64,000 nucleotides of DNA from Candidatus Tanganyikabacteria bacterium. Lineage in GTDB: Bacteria > Cyanobacteriota > Sericytochromatia > S15B-MN24 > VGJW01. This document shows, in pieces, positions 37,864-47,022 of the stretch (position 1 is the stretch's first letter; each line of letters opens with the position of its first letter). The notes beneath the pieces are model-generated. The model ran no database searches and had not been told where the DNA came from. It saw nothing but the letters and a program-made list of their open reading frames with translations. The DNA lies in the NCBI GenBank assembly GCA_016867265.1, contig VGJW01000015.1, positions 1,056 through 65,055 of the forward strand. The letters run 5' to 3'. The translations under genes and the position numbers were made by a program.

Positions 37864-38234
37864 TCGGCATGCCCGAGCCCATCGGCCCCGTCGGATCGGG
37901 GATGGCGCTGCCGGCCCCGGCCGTCGGTCCGCGATCGGGCCCGAGCTTCGCCGAGGTCCTTGGTGACCGCGCTCGCGTCCAGCCCGTCAAGCTGTCCAGC
38001 CACGCCGAAGCCCGCCTCAAGGCCCGCAACATTGCCTGGGACGAGAGCCGCCAGCGCCAACTGGACCAGCTGGTTCAGAAGGCCGCCGGCAAGGGTGCCC
38101 GGGAATCCCTCGTCCTGATGGACGACGTGGCCCTCGTCGTCTCCGTCCGCAACCATACCGTCATCACCGCCGTCGACCACCAGAGCCTCAAGGACAACGT
38201 GTTCACGAACATCGACTCCGCCATCATCGCCTGA
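37860..38234 (+). CDS. Flagellar operon protein, TIGR02530 family
   Basis: KLSSHAEARL, KGARESLVLM, TVITA, NVFTNIDSAII. Confidence 0.92.
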   Translation: MIGMPEPIGPVGSGMALPAPAVGPRSGPSFAEVLGDRARVQPVKLSSHAEARLKARNIAWDESRQRQLDQLVQKAAGKGARESLVLMDDVALVVSVRNHTVITAVDHQSLKDNVFTNIDSAIIA

Positions 38235-38248
38235 CACCCCCCACCCTC

Positions 38249-38297
38249 GGGCCGGACCCCTCGGGGAGGCCCATCGCCGGGACTGAAGTTTCCCGGC
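38249..38297 (+). promoter_or_regulatory. Two-hairpin RNA element in the flgE leader
   Basis: GGGCC-gga-CCCC-tc-GGGG-a-GGCCC, then GCCGGGA-ctgaagtt-TCCCGGC, just before the AGGAGG RBS. Confidence 0.55.
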
Positions 38298-38316
38298 ATC
38301 CCCAAGAGGAGGTCCC

Positions 38317-40848
38317 ATGCTTCGTTCGCTGGATTCCGGCGTGTCCGGATTGCGCAACCACCAACTCAAGATCGACGTCATCGGCAACAACATCGCCAAC
38401 GTCAACACCGTCGGCTTCAAGAGCCAGCGCGTCGAGTTCCAGAACCTGCTGAACCAGACCCTTTCGGTCGGTACGTCGGGCGAAGGCGGACGCGCCGGCA
38501 CCAATCCGCAGCAGGTCGGTCTGGGCGTGGGTGTGGGCTCGATCACGAGCATCCATACCCAAGGCGCCTTGCAGGGCACCGGCAAGAGCACAGACCTTGC
38601 CATCCAAGGCGAGGGCTTCTTCGTCGTCAGCGACGGCAGCCGCAACTTCTACACCCGCGACGGAAGCTTCGACTTCGACAAGACGGGCAGCTTTATCCGC
38701 CCGGCCAACGGCCTCAAGGTCATGGGCTGGACCACGGCAAACGGCGTCATCGACACCACGGCCGAACCCGCTCCCATCCGTGTGGCCCGGGGCCAGAACC
38801 TGCAACCCAAGGCCACCGGTTCCGTGCGGATCAAGGGCAACCTGCGCTCCGACAGCGTCGACACGATGATCACGGGTATCCTCAAGGCGACGCCCAAGGG
38901 CGCGGCGGAGGCTGGCATGGTCGTCCTGCAGCATAACATCCTCAACTCGAAGAACCAGGTCATCCACGGCACGATCACGATGATCAATGACCCCGGGACG
39001 CTGACGTGGCAGGTCAGCTACCGGCCGCGTGCAGGCGACCTCGACGCCGACCAGCTGACCAACCCCAACGAACAGGGGCTCGGTACCTTGACCTTCGACA
39101 CCTCGGGCCGCCTCACCAGCAACACGCTGGGGGCCATCCGCCTCGCCTTCACGCAGGAGAGCGGTGCAAACGCCATCGAGTCCCAGGTCATCCCCAGCCA
39201 GTTGCAGATGAACTCCGAGGTCCCGCGCTCGCGCCTGGGCTTCGACAACATCGCGGGCCTGATCAGCGGCAACTTGCAGCCGGCGGTGCTCAAGGTACCC
39301 GCGACGCTGGGCGGCCTGTTGGCCCCTGCGGCGGTCGGACCCAAGGACGTCAGGCGGCCCATGAATCTGCGCGTCGCCAGCGGCAACACCATCGAAGGCG
39401 AGCTCAGCCTGCGCAACACCCAAGGCAGCAACACCTGGTCCGTCTCCTACCTGCCCAAGAGCGGCACAACGGGCCAGGACAAGCTTCGCTTTGCCGACGA
39501 GCAGAATCTGGGTGTCATCAACTTCGACCCCGTAACCGGGGAACCGGTCGGAACCATCAGCCTCAAGGACATCAAACTGCTGGCCAAGGACACCGTCACG
39601 CCCACGCTCGTCACGGTGACCGTCCCGACCCTCGCGACGGGCTCGGCCCTGAAACTGGGTGCAACGGACGCGGTAGAGGCGAACCTTGGTGCAACCGTCA
39701 GCGACGCCGTCGTCAAGGAGACGCGCTTCGACATCGCCAACGCCCGGACCTACAGTGCGGAGACCGGCCTTGTCGGTAGTCAGGTCGTCACGGGCAAGCT
39801 CGTCGTCCGCAACGCCCCCGGCGAGGCCACCTGGTCCGTAACCTACGTCCCGGACGACACGCCCGAGAACCGCGGTCTCATCAACTCGACGGGTGAGCAG
39901 CAGTTGGGATCGTTCAGCTTTGATACGGACGGCAAGCTGACCACCACCGACCTCGAGCCCATCCGGTTGCAGTACCAGAACCTGAGCACGCCCGACGTGA
40001 CGGCCCATCTGGACTTCGGCGACATCGGCTTCGACCCCAATGAGACCAAGGGTCTCGCGGAGGTCGTCCAGACCTCGGGCAAGACCGATGCCGGTTCGTA
40101 CACGATGTCGATGAACTTCTTCGACTCGCTGGGCAACTCGCACTCGGGGAACATCCTGTTTACCCGCGACCTGGAGCAACAGGCCGACGCCGACGGTCGT
40201 TCCAAGTGGCGGGTCTCGTTCGGCATCGTGGACCCCCAGGTCAAGAACGACCTGAAGGCCCTGCCCGGTCCGGGCGTGGGTGCCTTCCCCATCGACCTCG
40301 GCTACATCATCTTCGACAACGGCGGTCTTCCTGTCGACGTCAACCTGTCGCCACTCAAGCTCAACTACACTTCAGGCGCCGCGCCCTCGACGATCTCGTT
40401 CGACCCCGGCAAGCGCGGGGATACGCTGGGCCTGACGCAGTTCCTGACGACCTCGACGGCCATCATCGACGACCAGGATGGCTACTCCACCGGCACATTG
40501 CAGGGCTTCAACATCGACTCCAACGGCTATGTCTCGGGCGTCTTCACGAACGGCCAGATCCGGCAGTTGGCTCAGATTGCCCTGGCCTCGTTCAACAATC
40601 CGAACGGCCTCGTCAACGAAGGCAGCAACATGTGGTCGGTCGGCAACGCGTCCGGCGACGCGCAGGTCGGCACCGCCGGTTCAGCGGGACGCGGGCTGCT
40701 GGCCTCGTCCAACCTCGAGACGTCCAACGTCGATCTGGCGGCCTCGTTCTCGGAACTGATCATCTCCCAGCGCGGTTTCCAAGCCAACTCCCGCATCATC
40801 ACCACCTCGGACGAAGTTCTGCAGGAGCTGATGGGACTGAAGCGCTGA
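38317..40848 (+). CDS. flgE: Flagellar hook protein FlgE, enlarged (843 aa)
   Basis: IGNNIANVNTVGFK, DLAIQGEGFF, YTRDGSF, LETSNVDL, QRGFQANSRII. Confidence 0.96.
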   Translation: MLRSLDSGVSGLRNHQLKIDVIGNNIANVNTVGFKSQRVEFQNLLNQTLSVGTSGEGGRAGTNPQQVGLGVGVGSITSIHTQGALQGTGKSTDLAIQGEGFFVVSDGSRNFYTRDGSFDFDKTGSFIRPANGLKVMGWTTANGVIDTTAEPAPIRVARGQNLQPKATGSVRIKGNLRSDSVDTMITGILKATPKGAAEAGMVVLQHNILNSKNQVIHGTITMINDPGTLTWQVSYRPRAGDLDADQLTNPNEQGLGTLTFDTSGRLTSNTLGAIRLAFTQESGANAIESQVIPSQLQMNSEVPRSRLGFDNIAGLISGNLQPAVLKVPATLGGLLAPAAVGPKDVRRPMNLRVASGNTIEGELSLRNTQGSNTWSVSYLPKSGTTGQDKLRFADEQNLGVINFDPVTGEPVGTISLKDIKLLAKDTVTPTLVTVTVPTLATGSALKLGATDAVEANLGATVSDAVVKETRFDIANARTYSAETGLVGSQVVTGKLVVRNAPGEATWSVTYVPDDTPENRGLINSTGEQQLGSFSFDTDGKLTTTDLEPIRLQYQNLSTPDVTAHLDFGDIGFDPNETKGLAEVVQTSGKTDAGSYTMSMNFFDSLGNSHSGNILFTRDLEQQADADGRSKWRVSFGIVDPQVKNDLKALPGPGVGAFPIDLGYIIFDNGGLPVDVNLSPLKLNYTSGAAPSTISFDPGKRGDTLGLTQFLTTSTAIIDDQDGYSTGTLQGFNIDSNGYVSGVFTNGQIRQLAQIALASFNNPNGLVNEGSNMWSVGNASGDAQVGTAGSAGRGLLASSNLETSNVDLAASFSELIISQRGFQANSRIITTSDEVLQELMGLKR

Positions 40849-40853
40849 CGTAG

Positions 40854-41825
40854 ATGAGCCTGGCTGCCCCCGGTCCCGTCGAGGGTCCCCGCCCCGTGGC
40901 GGAGTACTCCGGCGTGACCGGGGGCGTGCCGCCTGTATCCGGCCGCGCGGGGAGTCCCCAGGGCCAGGAAGACAAGCCCGTCCCCACCGCGGAAGGGCCA
41001 GACGGAGCCCGTCGCGCCCTCGAGGATGCGGGGCTGCCGACGACGCCCGCGACACGAAGCCTCGTCCAGGCCATGGCCCAGGCCGGCCTGCCGGCAACCC
41101 CCGCGATGCTGCGCCGCCTGGTGGCCAATTGGCCGGATATCCCTGCCGAGATGCGCGCCACGGCCCTCGGACTCGCGGCACGGGGCCTGGTGCCGACGGC
41201 CGCCCTACTGGCCCAGGGCCCGCCGGACCAGGGCCCGCCACGACCGGCCCAGACGATCCGGAGCTGGATGTCCCGACTTGGCCATCCCGCCCTGACGTTG
41301 CTCGCCGGCGAGGGGGATCCCCTCGCATCGCTCATGACGTGGATCGATCGCCTGACGCCGCCCGAAGCACGGCTCGCCCGACAGCTGCGCGACCCGTCTG
41401 CAGGCGACACGTTCCCGGATCCGGGGCCGAGGTCCGGCGAATGGCCGACGGAAGAGGCCTGGCCCCAGGGCTTCGCCCGAATGGTCGACCCTGCCGCACC
41501 TTGGACCATTCCGTTGGCGTGGGGGCCCTGGACCGGCACTTGGACCCACTGGGACCGGGATGCCCGCACTTCGGCAGGGCCGGCAGACGCGGAGCAAGCA
41601 TGGCGAACCGTCCTCGCCCTCGAGCATCCCGAATGCGGTCGGGTACGCCTGCATCTCGCCGGCGCAGGCAGGCAACTGGTCGTGCGCATCCAGGCCGAAG
41701 ACCCGGCGCTGCGCGAAGCCCTCGCGGCCCTCGTGCCCGAAGTCTCGGCCCGCGTCGCGGAACTGGGCTGGATCGGTCCGCCCTGGGCCGTCGACGCAAC
41801 GGACAAGGAGCCCCATGGCTCCTGA
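40854..41825 (+). CDS. Hypothetical protein with FliK-like C-terminal domain
   Basis: LALEHPECGRVRLHL..LVVRIQAE; coupled to FlhB-like gene. Confidence 0.55.
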   Translation: MSLAAPGPVEGPRPVAEYSGVTGGVPPVSGRAGSPQGQEDKPVPTAEGPDGARRALEDAGLPTTPATRSLVQAMAQAGLPATPAMLRRLVANWPDIPAEMRATALGLAARGLVPTAALLAQGPPDQGPPRPAQTIRSWMSRLGHPALTLLAGEGDPLASLMTWIDRLTPPEARLARQLRDPSAGDTFPDPGPRSGEWPTEEAWPQGFARMVDPAAPWTIPLAWGPWTGTWTHWDRDARTSAGPADAEQAWRTVLALEHPECGRVRLHLAGAGRQLVVRIQAEDPALREALAALVPEVSARVAELGWIGPPWAVDATDKEPHGS

Positions 41826-42132
41826 GGTTCCCGCCATCGGCGACAGTCGCGAACCGAGCGTCCAGCGCCGGGCCGTGGCCCTGCGGTACGACCCTGAACG
41901 GGATGCGGCACCTGTCGTGGTGGCCGCAGGGATGGGGGCGCTTGCCGAACGGATCATCGAGGCGGCCAAGGCCGCAGGCGTTCCGTTGCACCATGACATC
42001 CAGCTGGTGGCGGCCCTCGCGCAGCTCGATCTGGGCGAAAGCATCCCCGCCTCCCTGTATCCTGTGATCGCGGAGTTGCTGGTCATGGTCCAGCGCGCAG
42101 GCAAGGGCACGCAGGAAGGTCGGTCCCCATGA
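41815..42132 (+). CDS. EscU/YscU/HrcU-family FlhB C-terminal-like small protein
   Basis: AVALRYD..APVVVAAG.G.LAERII..A, IPASLYPVIAELL. Confidence 0.92.
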   Translation: MAPEVPAIGDSREPSVQRRAVALRYDPERDAAPVVVAAGMGALAERIIEAAKAAGVPLHHDIQLVAALAQLDLGESIPASLYPVIAELLVMVQRAGKGTQEGRSP

Positions 42133-42347
42133 TTCGCATGACGCGGCTGAACGACCAAGTCATCGTCGTGAATGCCGACCTGATCGAGAGTCTGGAGGCC
42201 ACCCCGGACACGGTCGTCACGCTCACCACCGACCGCAAATATGTGGTAAGAGAGTCGGTTGACGAGCTGATCAATCGCATCATAGCCTACCGTCGGGCCT
42301 GTGCCGTACCTTTGGGGCTCGGCTCCCGCGACCCTGGAGACACGTAG
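42129..42347 (+). CDS. flbD: Flagellar FlbD family protein
   Basis: MIRMTRLN..NADLIESLEATPDTVVTL. Confidence 0.94.
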   Translation: MIRMTRLNDQVIVVNADLIESLEATPDTVVTLTTDRKYVVRESVDELINRIIAYRRACAVPLGLGSRDPGDT

Positions 42348-43130
42348 CTGGAAATCTCGACCCTGATCGGGCTCATTCTTGGCTGGGGCGGCATCATCAT
42401 CGCCTATGTCCTCGACGGTGGGCACCTGGGAGCCCTGGTGGTTCCGACTGCCGCCATGATTGTCTTCGGGGGCACCTTCGGGACGCTCTTCATCGCCTTC
42501 CCGATGAAGGATGTGCTCACGATCCCCAAGCTCATCGGCTTCACCTTCTCGAAGAATCCGCTCGAGCCTCACACGATCATCCCGCAGATGATCCGCTACG
42601 CCGAAAAGGCCCGCAAGGACGGCCTGCTGGCGCTTGAGGCCGATGTCCAGGCCGCCCCGGACGAGTTCCTCAAGAAGGGCATGCAGATGGTCTCGGACGG
42701 CATCGACATCAAGACCGTCCGCGAGATGCTGGAGACCGAGCTGGCCTTCATCGCGACCCGCCACGCGGGCGGTATCGCGATGTTCGAGGCCGCGGGCGGC
42801 TTTGCCCCCACAATGGGGATCATCGGCACGGTCATGGGCATGGTCCACATTCTGGGCAGCCTGGGCGGAGACTCGGACCCCGCGGCGCTGGCCCCCGCCA
42901 TCGGCGTCGCCTTCATCGCCACCCTGTACGGGGTGTTCTCGGCCAACCTTCTCTGGCTGCCCATGGGCACCAAGCTCAAGAAGCGTTCCGAAGAGGAAAT
43001 CCTGGTTCGCGAACTGATGCTGGAAGGCATCCTGTCGATCCAGGCCGGCGACAACCCGCAGATCGTCGAGGAAAAGCTCAAGGGCTACCTGTCGCCTGCG
43101 GTGCGCGCCACCATCACCAAGGAAGAATGA
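42348..43130 (+). CDS. motA: Flagellar motor stator protein MotA (probable CTG start)
   Basis: EISTLIGLILG N-terminus in frame from 42348; ARKDGLLALE, APTMGIIGTVMG, AFIATLYG. Confidence 0.95.
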   Translation: MEISTLIGLILGWGGIIIAYVLDGGHLGALVVPTAAMIVFGGTFGTLFIAFPMKDVLTIPKLIGFTFSKNPLEPHTIIPQMIRYAEKARKDGLLALEADVQAAPDEFLKKGMQMVSDGIDIKTVREMLETELAFIATRHAGGIAMFEAAGGFAPTMGIIGTVMGMVHILGSLGGDSDPAALAPAIGVAFIATLYGVFSANLLWLPMGTKLKKRSEEEILVRELMLEGILSIQAGDNPQIVEEKLKGYLSPAVRATITKEE

Positions 43131-43134
43131 TTCC

Positions 43135-43899
43135 GTGGGCAAGAAGCGGGGTCACAAGGGCGGCAGCCACGCCAACCACGAGCGCTGGCTGCTGACGTAT
43201 GCCGACCTCATCACGCTGCTGTTGATCTACTTCATCATCCTGTTCTCGATGTCGTCGATCGACGCCAGCAAGTTCAAGAAGATGGCGGACGCAATGGCGA
43301 GCGTCTTCAACCCGACGGCCTCCTCGGGCGGCGGCAACGATGCGGTCTTGCCCCCCGCGAGCGACATGGTCATCCCGCCGGTGGCGCCCATGTATGCCAA
43401 GGAGGAATCCGAATTCGAGGAGATGGCCGACAAGGTCGAGAAATTGGCCGAACAACTGGGCGCCAGCGCTTCCTTCGACGTCCACATGGAGAAGCGCGGG
43501 CTCGTCATCTCCATCGCCGACTCGGCGCTGTTCGCCGCGGGCTCTGCCGACCTGGATCCGAAGACCCGCGAAATGCTCGGCAAGGTCAGCGGCCTGGCCG
43601 CCAAGACCGGCAACAGCCTGCGGATCGAAGGCCACACGGACAACACGCCCATACGTTCGGCCCGGTTCCCGAGCAATTGGGAACTCTCCACGGCCCGCGC
43701 CACCGCCGTGGTCCGGCACCTTGTCGACACGGGTGCCCTGCCTCCGTCACGGGTCTCGGCGGCCGGCTACGGCGACACCTTCCCCAAGGCCCCGAACGAC
43801 TCCCAGGCCAACCGTTCCCGGAACCGGAGAGTCGATATCGTGGTCCTGAGCGATGCTACAATGGCGCAGGAACCCATGAAGCCTGCTCCCGGAGACTGA
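43135..43899 (+). CDS. motB: Flagellar motor protein MotB
   Basis: ERWLLTYADLITLL; OmpA domain EGHTDN, NWELSTARA, NRRVDI. Confidence 0.96.
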   Translation: MGKKRGHKGGSHANHERWLLTYADLITLLLIYFIILFSMSSIDASKFKKMADAMASVFNPTASSGGGNDAVLPPASDMVIPPVAPMYAKEESEFEEMADKVEKLAEQLGASASFDVHMEKRGLVISIADSALFAAGSADLDPKTREMLGKVSGLAAKTGNSLRIEGHTDNTPIRSARFPSNWELSTARATAVVRHLVDTGALPPSRVSAAGYGDTFPKAPNDSQANRSRNRRVDIVVLSDATMAQEPMKPAPGD

Positions 43900-43905
43900 C
43901 CCCCC

Positions 43906-44478
43906 ATGGCCACCAAGAAGGGCGAGCCCAAGGCGGGCAATCCCGCCCTCTCCCCGAGAATCATCGTGGGCATGCTGGCGGTCGCGGTCATTGCCTCCGT
44001 CAGTTCGTTCATTGCCATCCGCCTGGCCCTGCCCAAGCAGATCATTGTTGAGCAGCGCACGATCGTGGAACACGAAACGGGTACGCACGAGGCGACCAAG
44101 TCGAGCGAACTGTGGACACTGACCGAGCCCTTCATCGTCAATCTCTCGGACCCCAAGCGGCGCTTCCTCAAGACCACTGTGACCCTGCGGCTCTCCAAGC
44201 CGGCCCCGCCCGCAGGCGAACACGGCGCCGAGGGCGGCGAGGGTGGCCATGGCGCACCCGCCAAGGGCCCGAGTCCCTTCATCCAGTCCCTCGCTCCCTT
44301 CCAGCCGGTTTTCCGGGACACCATCATCCGCACCCTGCGCAAGCAGACGACGGTCACGCTTCAGGATCCGGACCGCGTGAAGTCGGAAATGAAGGTTGCC
44401 CTCAACTTGATGCGGCGTGATGACGAAGGAATTCCGGAGACCCTTGAGGTCTACTTCGGAGAATTCGTCGTCCAGTAG
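43906..44478 (+). CDS. fliL: Flagellar basal body-associated protein FliL
   Basis: Single TM, FIVNLSD, VYFGEFVVQ. Confidence 0.92.
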   Translation: MATKKGEPKAGNPALSPRIIVGMLAVAVIASVSSFIAIRLALPKQIIVEQRTIVEHETGTHEATKSSELWTLTEPFIVNLSDPKRRFLKTTVTLRLSKPAPPAGEHGAEGGEGGHGAPAKGPSPFIQSLAPFQPVFRDTIIRTLRKQTTVTLQDPDRVKSEMKVALNLMRRDDEGIPETLEVYFGEFVVQ

Positions 44479-44483
44479 CTTCC

Positions 44484-45500
44484 GTGTCAGACATCCTCAG
44501 CCAGAACGAAATCGACGCCCTGATGGCCGCCCTGGCCAAGGGCGAGGTGGCTGCCGATCGTCCGGGTGATGCCGCGGAGAGCGACGAGTCCGGCGTCAAG
44601 GCCAAGGCGGTTTGGGCCTATGACTTCCGGCGCCAGAGCAAATTCTCCAAGGACCACATCCGCACCCTGTCGATGCTGCACGACGGCTTCGCCCGGCTCG
44701 TGTCGACGCTCTGGGCAGGCATGTTCCGCGTGATGGCGACCTGCGAGGTCGTATCCGTCGAGCAGATGACCTTTGACGAATACTCGCGGTCGCTGCCGGG
44801 CCCAACCATCATGACGACCTTCTCGATGAAGCCCCTCGTCGGCTCGGCCCTGCTCGAGATCAACCTCGACCTCGCATCGATCATGATCGACCGGCTGCTG
44901 GGCGGCCCCGGCAAGGTCAGCCGTATCCGCCGCGACCTGACGGATATCGAGCGTCAGCTCATCACCAACATCTCCAACCGGACGCTTTCGGCCCTGCAAG
45001 AGTCCTGGGTCAGCCTGGTGCAGTTCGATCCTGTCATCGAGAACATCGAGACCAATCCCCGGTTCGTCCAGCTCGTACCTGCGACGGACCCCGTCGCCCT
45101 CGTGACGCTTGAGGTCAAGCTCGGCGAGAATACGGGCCCCGTCAGCATCTGCCTGCCGTACATGGTCCTCGAGAAGGTCATGACCAACCTGGGCTCCCAG
45201 TACATGTTCGCGACCCAGAAGCTGGCACAGACCGACGATTTCCGTCTCAGGCTGAACGAGCGTGTCGTGCAGACGCAGGTGCCGCTTACGGCAGTGCTGG
45301 GTTCCACGGTCCTGTCGGTGCAGGACGTCCTGCAGTTGCAGCGTGGCGACGTCGTGGCGCTCGAGCAGGGTCACGATCGGGACATCGAGGTGAGGGTGGG
45401 CGACCGCACCAAGTTCAAGGCCAGACCGGGTACGTGCCGCAGCCATATGGCCGTCCACATTACCGAAGTCGTCCTCGAGGAAGGCGAACCCCATGACTGA
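44484..45500 (+). CDS. fliM: Flagellar motor switch protein FliM
   Basis: ILSQNEIDAL, YDFRR, IDRLLGGPG, SpoA domain. Confidence 0.96.
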   Translation: MSDILSQNEIDALMAALAKGEVAADRPGDAAESDESGVKAKAVWAYDFRRQSKFSKDHIRTLSMLHDGFARLVSTLWAGMFRVMATCEVVSVEQMTFDEYSRSLPGPTIMTTFSMKPLVGSALLEINLDLASIMIDRLLGGPGKVSRIRRDLTDIERQLITNISNRTLSALQESWVSLVQFDPVIENIETNPRFVQLVPATDPVALVTLEVKLGENTGPVSICLPYMVLEKVMTNLGSQYMFATQKLAQTDDFRLRLNERVVQTQVPLTAVLGSTVLSVQDVLQLQRGDVVALEQGHDRDIEVRVGDRTKFKARPGTCRSHMAVHITEVVLEEGEPHD

Positions 45501-46653
45501 CGCCATGTCGCGCGACCAGCAGGACGCCCTCGTCGAGATCATGGGCAATGCCCTGGGCGCGGGCGGATCCACCCTGTCCATTCTGCTCAATCGCCAGGTC
45601 GAGATCCGCCAACCCCGGACCCGCATCATCACCGTCAACGAGTTGTCCGGCATCCTGTCCGGCCCGGCGGTGGCCGTCGAGATTCACTTCGAGATCCAGG
45701 GCGCTATCGTCAACTGCTTCTACTTCGTCAAGGAAGACGCCGCGCGCATCACCGACCTGATGATGGGTGGCGAGGGCTCCCCGCCAGATTTCGAGATAGA
45801 CGAACTGCGCCAGAGCGCGATGTCCGAGGCCGTCAACCAGATGATGGGCATGGCCGCCAACGGCCTGACGGGAGCGTACGGTACCAAGGTCGACATCAGC
45901 CCGCCCGTGACGACCGTCGTGGATTATCCCGCGGACCTGTCCCTGCCGCCCGACTTCGGGTCCGGGCCATGGGTCCTCGTCACCAGCTCATTCGAAATCG
46001 AAGGCCTGGTGCAGTCGGAGTTGCAGCAGTTGCTGCCTGTTGCCGATGCCGTTCGCATGACGGAGCGCCTGAGGCCGGAGCCCCGGGCGTCGGCGCCGAC
46101 GGCCCGGGCCGTGGACCTCGACACCCAGAATATCGCGGCAGCCATCCCTCACGTGCCGGCACCGCCCCTGGGTGCCCAACGTCCGGACGCCGGCGGACAG
46201 GATCTGGCAGCCATGTTCGGCATTGGCCAAGGCGCGCAAGGCATGCCGCAGGGAATGCCCCAAGGGATGCCCCAGAGCGTCCCGATGGGCTATCCGGCAG
46301 CCGCCGCAACCCGCGAGCCACCATCGGTTCATCCCGCGCAGTTTGCGCCGCTGACCCAAGGCCAGCTGGGGGCCCAGATTCCTTCGAGCCTCGACCTGAT
46401 CCTCGACGTGCCGCTCAAGGTCACGGTCGAGCTCGGTCGGACGCGGATGCAGATTCGCGAGGTCCTCGACCTGGCCAACGGCTCTGTCGTCGAACTGGAC
46501 AAACTCGCCGGCGAACCCGTGGACCTGCTAGTCAATGGTAAGCTGATTGCCCGGGGCGAGGTCGTCGTGATCGACGAGAACTTCGGCATTCGCGTCACCG
46601 ATATCGTCAGCCAGGCCGAGCGCCTGAGCGGCTTCCGCAAGTCGGATTTCTGA
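45493..46653 (+). CDS. fliY: Flagellar motor switch phosphatase FliY
   Basis: CheC-like N-terminal domain (SEAVNQMMG, ISPP) plus FliN domain (LDVPLKVTVELGRT, GEVVVIDENFGIR). Confidence 0.93.
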   Translation: MTDAMSRDQQDALVEIMGNALGAGGSTLSILLNRQVEIRQPRTRIITVNELSGILSGPAVAVEIHFEIQGAIVNCFYFVKEDAARITDLMMGGEGSPPDFEIDELRQSAMSEAVNQMMGMAANGLTGAYGTKVDISPPVTTVVDYPADLSLPPDFGSGPWVLVTSSFEIEGLVQSELQQLLPVADAVRMTERLRPEPRASAPTARAVDLDTQNIAAAIPHVPAPPLGAQRPDAGGQDLAAMFGIGQGAQGMPQGMPQGMPQSVPMGYPAAAATREPPSVHPAQFAPLTQGQLGAQIPSSLDLILDVPLKVTVELGRTRMQIREVLDLANGSVVELDKLAGEPVDLLVNGKLIARGEVVVIDENFGIRVTDIVSQAERLSGFRKSDF

Positions 46654-46657
46654 AGTC

Positions 46658-47017
46658 ATGAAGAACATCCTGATCGTAGATGATGCAGCGTTCATGCGCC
46701 TGATGCTGAAGGACATCCTTACGGCACACGGCTTCAACGTGGTCGCCGAGGCCAAGACCGGCGTCGAGGCCGTCGCGTTTTACGAGCAGCACCAAGTGGA
46801 CCTCGTGACGATGGACATCACCATGCCCGAGATGGATGGCCTGACAGCCACGCGCCACATCCTGAACAAGGACCCCAAGGCCAGGATCATCGTCTGCTCG
46901 GCCATGGGCCAGCAGGCCATGGTGCTCGAGGCCATCCAGAGCGGGGCCAGGGACTTCATCGTCAAGCCCTTTCAGGCCGACCGGGTCGTGGACGCCGTCA
47001 AGAAAGCCCTGCGCTGA
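46658..47017 (+). CDS. cheY: Chemotaxis response regulator CheY
   Basis: VDDAAFMR, MDITMPEMDG, CSAMGQQ, FIVKPF. Confidence 0.95.
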   Translation: MKNILIVDDAAFMRLMLKDILTAHGFNVVAEAKTGVEAVAFYEQHQVDLVTMDITMPEMDGLTATRHILNKDPKARIIVCSAMGQQAMVLEAIQSGARDFIVKPFQADRVVDAVKKALR

Positions 47018-47022
47018 CCGCC

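Noticed and set aside
46237..46275. (QGMP)3 repeat in fliY
   Set aside because: Short degenerate linker repeat with no separate significance
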